Assembly (NCBI GenBank): GCA_035221665.1
Contig: CM069163.1
Span: 22,506,001 to 22,570,000, forward strand
DNA: 64,000 nucleotides
Direction: 5' to 3'
Origin: Okamejei kenojei
Taxonomy: Eukaryota
The position numbers and the translations under genes were made by a program. Position 1 is the first letter of the stretch. Every line of letters starts with the position of its first letter. Shown in pieces: positions 1 through 12,001 of this stretch. Below the pieces are notes generated by a model. The model had not been told where the DNA came from. It worked only from the letters and a program-made list of their open reading frames with translations, and searched no databases.

Positions 1-143
1 ATGTGAATTCAATTGGAAAGAATATTCAAATACCTTTATGCATTTTTTGAATTCAACTCTGTTGAGAAAACTTGTAGTTGCACATGGTCTAGACTATTAG
101 TTACAGATAAAAAATGAATGCGCTGTGTCCCTTTGCCCCAAAG

Positions 144-321
144 GTGTATGTACTCGGGAGCCTCCATTTTACATCATCACGGAATTCATGACTCATGGAA
201 ACCTCCTTGATTACCTCCGTGATTGTAACAAAGAGGAGGTGAATGCGGTTGTGCTGCTATATATGGCAACTCAGATATCCTCTGCAATGGAGTATTTGGA
301 GAAGAAAAATTTCATTCACAG
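144..321 (+). CDS. ABL1: ABL1 kinase exon (human exon 6 equivalent): [26 protein letters not shown]...KKNFIHR
   Basis: Acceptor aag at 141-143, donor AG|gtacgt after 321; 178 nt; contains the gatekeeper Thr (IITEF). Confidence 0.97.
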
Positions 322-1439
322 GTACGTCATCCTCGCATCGTAGAAGTTTACTTTCTTAACTTCTTCATATTTTGTGATTCACTCCTGCAAACTTTCACAC
401 TTAAGCTTAATTTTAAAGACCAATTATTTGCAGAGTGGAGCACAGCATTGAGATCGTGCCTTGAACAACAACTAATTTGAAATGTGAAGTGGTGTTGACA
501 CCACTATTATCATATAGCTGGAGGCACAGTTTGGCAAGTATGGCAAGAATCATTGATTCCAATTTGCATAAATGAAACTATGATGATAAAAAAAAATTAA
601 ATGCTGTAAATCTGAAATAAAACAAGCATCTGTGGAGAGAGCAAGCGTTAAGCAAGCGAGACACAGGTGCTGCTTGACCTGCTGAGATTTTCCAGCATTT
701 TTTGTATTTAGATGATGCATTGTGAGCTTCAAAGAACATTCAGTTGAGGCACATTCCTTTGAGTGCCGAAAAAAGAACAAACTAATTCAGAGTTGTGTGG
801 ATGCCCAAAAATTAAAAGCAGCTGCTTGTGGCAAGCATCAGGTTGTAAATATCAGTGAGAACCTTAGCTGATTACATTTGAATCAGAGAAGTGAAAATTA
901 AAATGGGAGGCAAAGAGAACGTATGAGAAAAGATTGTCTGGCAACATAAATGGGAATCCAAAAGTATTTGCTAAATACATAAATAGTAAAATGGTGATAG
1001 TGCAATAGTGAAGGAATATATAGTTCTGACAGTCGACATTAATATTTGGCAGCATGGCGGTAAGAGGAAAACTGGTTGAACTAGTGAAGTCATTGGGAAT
1101 GAATGGGTGCACTCAAGATTTTGAGGGAAATATTGGAAATATTACCTTAATCAATGTTCTTTGAATATGAGCCTGTTAGCCGTAGAAAAAAAAAGCTGAG
1201 GGAGATTTGATAGAAGAATATAAATGTGGATAGATGTGAAAATGGGCAGAGTAGATGGTGTGAGGTTATTCTCCTTGACAGAGATTAGACCAGAGCTCAC
1301 AAATACTAGGGAAGAGAATTATTAAGAAAGACGTGAGAACATTTTCAATGCATTGCCTGCAGTTGCACTGTGATCTTCAGTAGGAAATGAATAAATACAA
1401 AGTGAAGAGAAAAAAAAAATGTAGATCTAATTGACCAAT

Positions 1440-2460
1440 TGTTCACCAGTCCAGCCATTCCAGTATCAGTCTAATAAATCTTTGTTGCATTCCCTTCCTG
1501 ACAAAAACATCCTCGGATAGGGGCCAAAACTGCATACAAAACCCTAGATGGGAACTTGCCCAGTCTCTGCAAAATGCCTCTGCAAGAATAATTACACTTC
1601 TGAGTAGAAGAGTAATGAAGGCCAACATGCCATCTGCCAGCGTAACTGACTTGCAGCACCAGTGATTGATTTCAGTGACTGATCCGTGCAAAGGCTCCCA
1701 ATCTTATCGCACCACCTCTTTTCCCAATCTGTCACCATTTGGATAATCTGCTTTTCTGTATTTGAATCAAAGTGGATATACTCATTTATCTTTGTTGTAT
1801 TAAGTCTGCCTTTCAATTAACCATTCACCCAACTTACATAAATCATGTTGAAACCTCTCTGCTTCCTCCTCTTGATGCTCAATCCTTCTCTCCCCATCCA
1901 GGTTTTGTATCCTGTGCAAACTTGGAAATGTTACATTTAGTTCCCTGATCCAAGCTATTGATAAGAGGCTTTTCGATAGATGCCTGGATATGGAGGGATA
2001 TGGATCATGTGAGATGATCCATATCCCTCCATATGAGATTGAGATTGGTTTATCTTGGCATCATTTTTGGCACAGATATCGTGGGCCGAAGGGCCTGTTC
2101 TTGTGCTGTACTGTTTTATGATAAATATTCTGAATAGCAGGGACCCTAAACACTGATCTCTGCAGCATCCACGAGCCACTGCCTGCAACCTGTTCATTCC
2201 CACTTCCTCCGTATGTGTCAAATAATTCTCAATCCATGTCATAATATTATTCCCAATCCAGTGAGCCTTAATTCTGCACACACATCTTTTGTAACAAAAG
2301 CCTTGTGCAAGTCCATATGCACAACCTCTGGTGCTCCTTTATCTCCTATGCATGTTACATCATCACAAAAAACTAGTACATTTGTTAGGCATGATTTCCC
2401 TTTCATAAATACATGTTGAAATATGAGAACGATTATTTTCCGAGCAGATAAACCATTAAT
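1440..2460 (-). mobile_element. Degenerate CR1-type LINE fragment (with an embedded + strand CR1 3' end at about 1965-2120)
   Basis: Reverse-frame peptides KGKSCLTN, VVHMDLHKAF and ADGMLAFI are typical of CR1 reverse transcriptase. Confidence 0.75.
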
Positions 2461-2862
2461 CATAAAATGACTATTGTGTGCTATTTATGATGATTGGATT
2501 TTGATTTCATTTCTACAGTTCTATTTAATTTCTATGTAGGTGATGAAATTATAATGTTAATCCATGTGTCAAAAGTGTTTGACTATCTGTCTTTTGCTCT
2601 GTAGAACGTTTGACCTTTTTATACATTCACTAATGCACAATCTTTGCATCCTTCACAGATAAATTTTGGTTCATGACAGACTGTGTTTCATATTGTTTAA
2701 TTTGTGCCTGGAATTCTAATTATTCCATGAAACTTAATTGTTCTTTTGAAATTTCATCTAATAGTAATCGTTTCTTGGAAACATGTTTTCCTGGAAGTTT
2801 AACTATTCCTTGCCTGTTTTTGGCGATCTCATTATTCCTTGTACTGTTTTCACTGATTCTAA

Positions 2863-3111
<249 letters not shown>

Positions 3112-3292
3112 TAATAAATGTTGGTTTAGGAAAGATTCTATTTGAAACATTTTATTTTGAGCGACCTGCTTTATTTCCCTGCATTGACCATATTTACGTT
3201 GAGTTTTCTAACATTGACTTCTGAATTGATTTTAAATTTCATCATTAACAAGAAGTTAGTAGCTTTGTGCAAAATGGTGGATGTGCAGGAGT

Positions 3293-4140
3293 GGGGCGCC
3301 GTTGTGTGTGGCTGCTCTGCCTGCAGTCTGTCTTTTCACCCTTTTTAGTGTTTTAATTTTTTTATTTTGGAGGTCTAGTCTTTTTATGTGGGGGGAAGGG
3401 GGGAAACTACTTTCTCAGTCCTACCTGGTCGGAGATGCGGCTTTCTTCCAAATCGCATCTTCGCCCTCTCCGTGCGGCCTACCAGCAGGACTGGAGCGGC
3501 GTTTCCTGCCTGGACCGGCCGGGACAACAGTTTCGGCGGCGGCACGGCGCTGAAGTACCGTTGTGGAGCGGCCGATGCCTTGCCCGGGTCGCCGTGTAGA
3601 ACTCCGGAGGGCTGAAGACCGCCGACTGGAACATCGCAGAGCTGTGGCTGCGAGCGTCCAGCCGTGGGCGGCGCTGATTTTGAACACCGCGGGGCCTGGG
3701 ATCTCTTGCTGAGATCGCCAATGTCGGAGCTCTGATCGGCGCGGCCCGTGGACTTCGGGAGCCGCGGTCTCCAGGGAGGAAGCGGCCGTTCCAGATGCTC
3801 CGATGCCACTGAAGAGTGTTCTCCCGACGCCGGAACTCCATCATCTGGCCAGAGGGCCTGTAACATCGGGCCACTGTTGTGGCAACTGCAGAGGCCTCAA
3901 ATAGGCCCCGACCTCAGGTGAACTAAGAGGATGAGGACTGGACTTTTAGTGCCTTCCCTCACAAAGGAAAATGTTGATTCTGCTATGAGGGGACGTTCAT
4001 GTTAAATTCTGTAGTGTGTTGTGTCTTTTTCTTTTTTTCTTTGATATGGTTGAATGGTAATCTGATTTTTTCTCTGTAAAGCACTTTGGCTTCAACGTGA
4101 TTTGATTTTAAAGTGCCATATGAATAGAAATTACTTACTT
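3293..4140 (+). mobile_element. GC/CpG-rich non-autonomous retroelement-like insertion in an ABL1 intron
   Basis: Abrupt GC-rich block in an AT-rich intron, ending in a LINE-like tail (taaagcactttgg...aaagtgccatatgaatagaaattacttactt). Confidence 0.55.
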
Positions 4141-4505
4141 GTGTGTTTTGTCAGCTAACCTTTAAAAGACACTTGGACAGGTAATAAATGGATGGGAAAG
4201 GTTTGGTGGGATCTGGGCCAGAGCAGCCAAGTCAGACGTGTTTGGTTAGGTAACGTGGTCAGCATGAACACGTTGGCCAAAGGGCCCGTCTCATTGCTGT
4301 TTGGCTCGATGATATTTCCCTCCTGTTTCCACATAGCCAACCCCCCTGAATACCATCTTTAATCATTATTGATTTGGTAAAAATAATGAGGAAAAATAAT
4401 GAAGGATTATCTTTCTCTCATTTTCATTGTAAGTAGTTTTGAGTGTCATTTGTGTCAGGCTACCATTAATCAGTGAGGATTTTCCAATGATTTGACCATT
4501 TCTAA

Positions 4506-4775
<270 letters not shown>

Positions 4776-6520
4776 TAGGAATTAATTCATTTAGACTCTG
4801 TATAATACACCAGCTCCTGACAAACATTAGAGAAAGAGGGGCAACAAGTTATAACGAGTACTGATGTTTCAGTCACTTAATCAAATGGGTTGCTGTTTAA
4901 TTGTCATAGGTACCACCATCGGAACAGTGATATTTGTGCTTACAGGCGTATAACAGGCCTATAATACCTACAGGTAATATATAATAAACCAAAACAAACA
5001 TAAAATAAATAAATTATTAAATTCACTGAATAGATAAATTAATTCGGCCATGTCTTAATTAGCAACATATTTGATTCTAAATCAAACGCAAGACATTCCT
5101 AGTGTCAATTTAGAGCATAATAACCAAGGTTGGAGACCTGTTCTGTACTCTGGGACATGCCTTCTTTGACATGGGGTAAAGCTCTGCCTATCCTCTTAAG
5201 ATGGAAAAGATCCAAGGGATTAGTGTGTCTGAGAGAGCCTAATCAATATTTATTCTTTAATCAGCACTGTTAAACATTGATTTGCTATACATAAAGTTGC
5301 TGCTAATTTTCCTATGCTTCAGAAGTAATTATTGACAGAGCTATTGCAAACTCATCGTTGCGTTACAGCATCCAAAAATATAATCACTATTGGACAATTC
5401 TTTTAGAATTATTTTTTTTTTTTAATGTTGCCAGATTATTTCCCTGGTTAGTCATGATCTGTAGAATGTAGTTCGGTATATCAATGGGTAAATCGCCTGT
5501 GGTGTTATGAAAATCTTGCAGGACAATAGGCAGCTGCCTGGGCCCTGTGACCATGCTAAATTGTTGGAAAAAGCAGTAGTGATCTGGATGAATAAAAGAT
5601 ACATTGAAAGATTCATTTTCTAAAATACTTGATGCAAACTTGTGTAATTCACTGGAGCTCATGGCCTGTAACTCCATCGTAACTGATGGGACAAAACTGA
5701 ACAGGAACTGTTGACGTACGAACCTGCAAGGTTGATAGTAAAGGAGGGGAAAGGCTTCGAGGGATATGAGCCAAACGCAGATAACGGGGACTGGTTTAGA
5801 TGGGGCTTCTCGGTTGGCATGGACGAGTAGTGACAAACTACTTATTTTCAGCTGTAAGACGCTGCAGGAGTGATGGGAAGCTCTGCAATCACACTCTGCA
5901 GCACATAAATTGCTCATTGCCTTTTCAAAAGAGCCATAACCCTGCAAATTTAATACTCTTCATGCACATTTCACAGCCTGTTAAAAGTTGTTGTGGAATC
6001 ACTATCCTTTATTGCATTTGAGATCTTAATATGCCCTTGTTGTGAAGAAGTTTGTCAATTTCCCTCTACGGCTACTATTGAAAATCTGTAACCTCCTGTT
6101 ACTCACCCCTTCACATAACTGAATTCCTTAATTCTTGTGGGAGAAAAGTGTGATCACACCTCGGGTAAAGTTGCTCACTGAAACTGCCACTGTTTTATTA
6201 AATCACAAAGGCTTGGCTATGGAGAATTAGAATAGACAGCCAAGTATTAAAGTGGAGATTTGCTTTCCGTCAGCAGTTCTTGACCTGGCATAGGTTAGCA
6301 ATCTTTTCTGTCAGAGGTTCTGATGAAGGATCTTCAACCTGAAACATGAACTCTCCACAGGTACTACCTGACCTGTTGACTGTTTCCATTTTTGTATTAT
6401 TTCAGATTTCTAGCATCTAGAGTTTATGAAATTAATGCTAGTAAATCAGTGGGCATGCTGTTGGATGGAAATATTGTTTTCTTTTTAACAAACTTATAAC
6501 TGTGATACTTGTACTTCTAG

Positions 6521-6610
6521 GTTGGAAGTGGAACCCTGGAGATCGACCATCATTTGCAGATGTCCATCGAGCATTCGATACCATGTTTCAGGAGTCCAGC
6601 ATTTCAGAAG
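6521..6610 (+). CDS. ABL1: ABL1 exon 9 equivalent: (C)[29 protein letters not shown]
   Basis: cttctag acceptor, G|gtgagt donor; 90 nt; absent from the ORF track but read directly from the sequence. Confidence 0.96.
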
Positions 6611-7164
6611 GTGAGTGTTGATTGTGCAGTACATTCTAGGGCTCTTTGGCTGGCCCTGTATAAGCTATCAAGTGTCCTGAACTGCAAACAAAACCCCCAG
6701 TTTTAAAGATGTATAAAAACCATATTTATCTATATTCATTTGCACTATATTTATCTATTCATTTGCTGTAATAAATCATGTCTTTGGAACCAGGTCGGTA
6801 TTTTTGAGAGACAATGAACCGCAGGTGATGGAATCTTGAACAAACCAGTGCTGCAGGAACTCAGCAAGTCGGGCAGCATCTGTGAAGGGAAAGGATAGGG
6901 GACATTTCACGTCAGGATGGTTCTTCAGAACTTTGAGTTAGCAAGGAAGTGCATGAGTTTTCACCAGAAGCCTCCACACCTGCAGCCAGTACTTGCAGGG
7001 ACTCTGCCTGGTATTTGCGAGGATGACCTGAGAGTTTGCCAGTATTTGCTGCACTAAACTTTTGTGGCTAATGAGCTGACTTCGTCATTGTAAGTTCAAT
7101 TTTGTAGATGAAATGTGGCATCAGCCTGTAGGTCAAATGTTAAAGCACTAAGTATCTTCCGCTG

Positions 7165-7352
7165 GTAGACAAAAGTGCTGGAGAAATTCAGCTGGTGCGG
7201 CAGCATCTATGGAGCGAAGGAAATGGGCAACGTTTTGGGCCAAACCCCTTCTTCAGACTTCCTTCTCTCCATAGATGCTGCCGCACCCACTGAGTTTCTC
7301 CAGCACTTTTGTTTACCTTAGATTTTCCAGCATCTGCAGATCCTTCTTAAAC
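7165..7352. mobile_element. Fold-back PLE-derived mini-element with a 15-bp TSD
   Basis: AAGTATCTTCCGCTG at 7150-7164 and 7353-7367; the arms are long inverted repeats; degenerate hammerhead core on the - strand. Confidence 0.8.
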
Positions 7353-7824
7353 AAGTATCTTCCGCTGTTTTAATTAGTCTGTGGTTAATGTCTGGATGTA
7401 TACTGATCGAAACAGTGAGCCTATTGCTGATGATATGGACATAGCCACCCAACTTGCCTGACAAGCTCCCACAGTATGTCACCATCATTGGGCTTTTCCA
7501 AATAATTGTAAGTCTACAGGCTTGGGGAAGATTGAGTTTGCAATTTATTTATGACTAAACACATTCACACAGTATGAATGTATTATACGTTGACTTGGAG
7601 CTGAGGGAGGCTCAGTGCCGTGCAGAGTGGACCAGAGTGGGATTCTTTCCAACAGTCCGATCTGATAATACAACAATTGCAGGTCATGCCAGGTTCAGGT
7701 TCAGGTTGAGTGTTAATCTTGTACCCAACCTGTCCTCTATCCTCCTTCATTCGTGTTCTGAATTCGTCGCTTGAAACCGTGTTGCCCAGCAATATAACGG
7801 TAATTTTTGTCATGTGCTTTGCAG

Positions 7825-7995
7825 AGGTTGAAAAGGAGCTCGGGAAGAAAGGAGGGAAGTGCTGCGGCAGTAGTAAGCCACAAGCTCCAGAATTGCCGAC
7901 AAAAACGCGTACCCTTCGCAGAACCACTGAGAACAAAGAACCAAGCGAGATCCAGGAGACGACCCATTCGATATTTAAAGCCACAAGTGAATTTG
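7825..7995 (+). CDS. ABL1: ABL1 exon 10 equivalent: EVEKELGKKGGKCCGSSKPQAPELPTKTRTLRRTTENKEPSEIQETTHSIFKATSEF
   Basis: tttgcag acceptor, G|gtatgt donor; 171 nt; EVEKELGK and QAPELPTKTRT match ABL1. Confidence 0.93.
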
Positions 7996-8511
7996 GTATG
8001 TTTCACATTGCACGAGGTGGGAGTAAGAAAGCAGGATGTGACGTGGAGGTTTGGAAGGTTGTTCATTGCAGGTGACCCCCACATAATAGCATTTGTGTAA
8101 CAGAAATTCCCCCCGTGGGATTCACAAATCATTCCAAAAATCAATCCATGAAATTCATGTAGGGAGAAAAATCTAAATCACAAATTTCTTTCGACTCTCA
8201 TTTTGTTATGTGCAGATGGTGTGGCTTTGTGTTTTTGCAAGAACACAACTGCTTATAATGTGGGAGTCACCTACATGAGGAGCAATTCATTGCAGTGGGC
8301 CAACATGAATTTGTAGCTGAACTGAGTGGATTTGGATTTGTTTCATAGCAGGCTCTTCAGCTCAATGATGAGTCAGATTTGCAAACAAATGTCCTTCTTC
8401 ACCAACAACCCTCCCCTTCCCCTACGGCACATACGGCGACCATGATGCATTATCCCTTTGCAGCGGTGATGCAACCAAGCCTTTAACAGACTTGTCCTTG
8501 CATTCTTTCAA

Positions 8512-8675
8512 NNNNNNNNNNNNNNNNNNNNNNNNNNNNNNNNNNNNNNNNNNNNNNNNNNNNNNNNNNNNNNNNNNNNNNNNNNNNNNNNNNNNNNNNN
8601 NNNNNNNNNNNNNNNNNNNNNNNNNNNNNNNNNNNNNNNNNNNNNNNNNNNNNNNNNNNNNNNNNNNNNNNNNNN
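8512..8675. other. Assembly gap (164 N) in the last ABL1 intron
   Basis: Run of N characters. Confidence 1.
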
Positions 8676-9126
8676 ACCCAAGTGCGTGTATGCTCATTGC
8701 ATAAATCAGGCCCTCCCTCTTTCTCTGCCTCCACTAATGTCCCAACCACATGCCTGCATCTTCATCAACAGTGCTGACTTGCCACCCCACCACAGCCCTC
8801 CACCCCCAGACATGCCCAACACTAATCAGCCTCTATTATTAAGACGGCTTTCCCAGTCACACTGTAAGGAGCAGCATTAGGCCATTTGGTCCATTGGGTC
8901 TGCTCTGCCATTCGATCATGACCGATCTATTCTTCCCTCTTAACCTCATTCTCCTGCATTCTCACCATAACCTTTGACATATTCGTGAACATCTTCATAG
9001 TGCTGAAGGTAATCTGATCCAGGCGATAATTTGTTGGGACAATTAGAATAGCACTTGCTGGTCCAGAGAGTTGAGATCTTGTGATGTGCCAGAAGTACAC
9101 GTACTTATGTTTGCCTCTGCCTCCAG

Positions 9127-10877
9127 ATTCTGCGGACCATGAAATGGCCATTTCTCCAATGCTGCCACGGAGAGACAAAGACACAGATGGCACCTTGGAC
9201 GATGATCGTTTACAGTCTTCTACCAAAGAGAAAGGCAAATCCAGTTCCATCTTCAGCTCTTTCATTAAGAAGAAGAAAAAGACTGCACCCACACCACCAA
9301 AGCGCAGTAGCTCGTTCCGCGATATGGATGGGCAGATGGACAAAAGGGAAGCGGCAGAGGACATCAGCATAGTTGCTAAAGATACTAACAATGGAATTTG
9401 TGTGAACAGCATGATGCCTCCCGACACAATAGATCCTGGAAAATTTCAGCACTCGCTTAGCTCTGGGCCACAAAGTACAAACAATGGAGCCGGAGGGGTT
9501 GCCAATGGCAGTTTCTTGGGAACAACAGGGTTCTTTCTGCATTCGAGAAAGTCCAGTACATTAGCTGCAGGCAAACCAGTTGGAAACGAAGAGGAACTGC
9601 TCTCAAATTCAAAGCGCTTCTTGAGATCTTGCTCTGCATCATCGATGCCTCCTGGAAACAAGGACATGGAGAGGAAAGCATTGACACTCCCTCGAGACCT
9701 CCAGTCTGCAGGGAAACTGTCCGATCCTGCCGGGATCTTAAGTTGCGACAGGAATGAGAAGCCAGCCTTGCCTCGAAAGAGGACAAATGAAACTAAAGTG
9801 GACATTGCACCTCGGATAAACCAAACTGCACCATCTCGACTACCGAAAAAGACTGACGAATTAAATGATGATGTTTTTAATAATCTGGAGTCCAGTCCGA
9901 GCTCAAGCCCACCGTCATCCACTCCAAAGATCGTCCGAAGGCAACCCACAGTCATCACATCAATCAGTCTCGTCCCTAAGGACAAGGACGACGGTGGGAA
10001 GACTTTGGCCTCAAGTTCTGCTTCCCAACAGGACCATATCTCCTCTAGTGTTGCTGCTTGCACATCCAAACACAGCTCCACGTCAATCCTGGGCGGGGTG
10101 AAGCTGCTGAATGAAGATTCCAAGGTACGAAGGTTCAGGCAGCCTCCCGACCAGCTCCTGTCGGCCCCCGTAAGAGACCGGGGTAAATTGCAGAAATCTA
10201 AGCCAGCTCCTCCTCCGCCACCAGGTGTGAAATCTGTTCGACCCTCTCGAAGCCCGACCCACGAGACAACGGGCGAGACTTCTGTGAGCATCAAGCTCAA
10301 GCAGTCCACACAGGGGGCAGACGCTGTGAACAGTGAGGCTTCGAAGCCCAGTCACCCTGGGGATGTGGCGAAAAGACCTGCCCACCATTCGGTAGCAAAG
10401 TCTCAATCATCCACGAAGACATTGACCCCCAACTCAAACGCATCCTCACTCTCTGCACAGTCTGCCCTAGCAAGCCCCAGTGGTGACCAGCAGTCCTCAG
10501 CAACCACTGCCTTCATCCCGCTCATCTCCACCAGAGTGTCCTTACGCAAGACACGACAGCAGCCGGAGAGGATCACCAGTGCCAACATTACCAAGGACAC
10601 CGTTTTACAGAGCAGCGAGGCGTTGCGGGTCGCCATTGGAAAGAACTGTGAGCAGATGGCCAGCCACAGTGCGGTGCTGGAGGCGGGCAAGAATCTATAC
10701 ACCTTCTGCGTCAGCTACGTTGACTCCATCCAGCAAATGCGCAATAAGTTTGCCTTTAGGGAGGCCATCAACAAGCTGGAGTGCAACTTACGGCAGTTAC
10801 AGATCTGCTCGGCCAGTCAGGACTTCACAAAACTGCTCTCATCTGTGAAAGAAATCAGTGATATTGTCCAGAGGTAG
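9127..10877 (+). CDS. ABL1: ABL1 last coding exon: PxxP motifs, NLS (KKKKK), disordered region and C-terminal F-actin-binding domain; stop TAG at 10875-10877
   Basis: cctccag acceptor; lies within the 598-aa ORF 9081..10877; FIPLISTRVSLRKTRQ...FCVSYVDSIQQMRNKFAFREAINKLE...EISDIVQR. Confidence 0.97.
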
Positions 10878-11995
10878 CAAAGGCTCAGGGGGTGCGAGGG
10901 GGAAAAAAGTATATTGTCAAAAAGCTGCTCCCAGACTCCAAAACAGTGTGATAGAATCAGGGGAAAGACTTGAATTTGGCTTACTGCCAGGAGTGTACGT
11001 GGAAGCATGGCTTTCATTGCTTGGTAGCCCTGTTAATTCCTCATGTTTGCTTCAGTTTCCTCTTGTCAGAGTTTTGTTATTGCATTGTATTTTATAACGC
11101 AGAAACAGGAGTCAGCCCACCGGATCTGTGCCAGTGTTTAGACTTCACACAAGCCCTTACTCACCTTTCTGCACCTTGGCCATTTACATTTACATCTATT
11201 CATTCCTCACTCGTGCTTATTCACATCAGTTGGGTCTGAAGGAATTGCCGATTCCTTGATGCAGAGTGTAAACTCTGAGAAGCCATTGTGGTCATTTGCC
11301 TGTTATGATTTTGAGGTTTGTAAACTGTTAATTAAGCCTCCTGTCTTTGGTGTGTTGCAGTACCCGCACTGAATCAACTGCATTAATTACACCTTGAAGC
11401 ACAAGTTCCACTTGGGAGCAGCTGTGATTATTAGGATGACGTGCCAGCGCTGCTCCCTCTTCCTTAGAAAACTCGTTTTTCACTTGTTCAAGGCCTTTCA
11501 TAATTATTTTTGGAAAATGTATTCCTCGTGATCAAATTAGTCATTAGAAACATTGGCATGCTTATGCACCTCGCATCTATTGCCATTCACCATCCGCTGT
11601 GTGGAATATGTCTGACTTCATTCTCATTGCATTACCCACTCCCTCCCTTGACTCTGTCCCTATTAAACATTTCCTTACAGCGTTCCAAATAGATCATTGT
11701 GGATCTGCCTTCCTTATCCCGATAGTTATAATATCAATACAACAGGATATAGAATCGGGAATAAAAACTAAGCTATGCCAGGAGTTTCTCAATAGTTTAT
11801 CTCCATTACTGATACACTGCAGTTTGAAGGCTTCGGAAAAGGAGGCTAGTGGAAGGTATGGGCAGGGGACTAACTAAAGTTTAGGTCCATGCAAACTATT
11901 GAGCTGCAGATATTGGTTGATTTTATCCCATTAATTGGAAGTAACTGGTATGGGTCATCTGGGAGTTCTTTCATATATATCTTTAGAAACTGGGC

Positions 11996-12001
11996 AATAA
12001 A
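11996..12001 (+). terminator. Candidate ABL1 polyadenylation signal (AATAAA); a second candidate lies at 13254-13259
   Basis: Hexamer downstream of the ABL1 stop; usage cannot be determined from sequence. Confidence 0.3.

Noticed and set aside
3384-3874. Several 75-160-aa ORFs in the GC-rich intronic block
   Set aside because: Expected from high GC content and few stop codons; low-complexity Arg/Pro/Ala peptides inside a probable repeat.
5387-5947. 186-aa minus-strand ORF in an ABL1 intron
   Set aside because: Runs through CR1 tail remnants; no domain or coding signature.
9081-9126. ORF-track start (MMCQKY...) for the 598-aa ABL1 ORF
   Set aside because: Intronic in-frame extension upstream of the true acceptor at 9126/9127.
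9446-10309. 287-aa antisense ORF (and other overlapping ORFs) within the last ABL1 exon
   Set aside because: Shadow ORF of a long Ser/Pro-rich coding exon; no recognisable domain, promoter or splice context.
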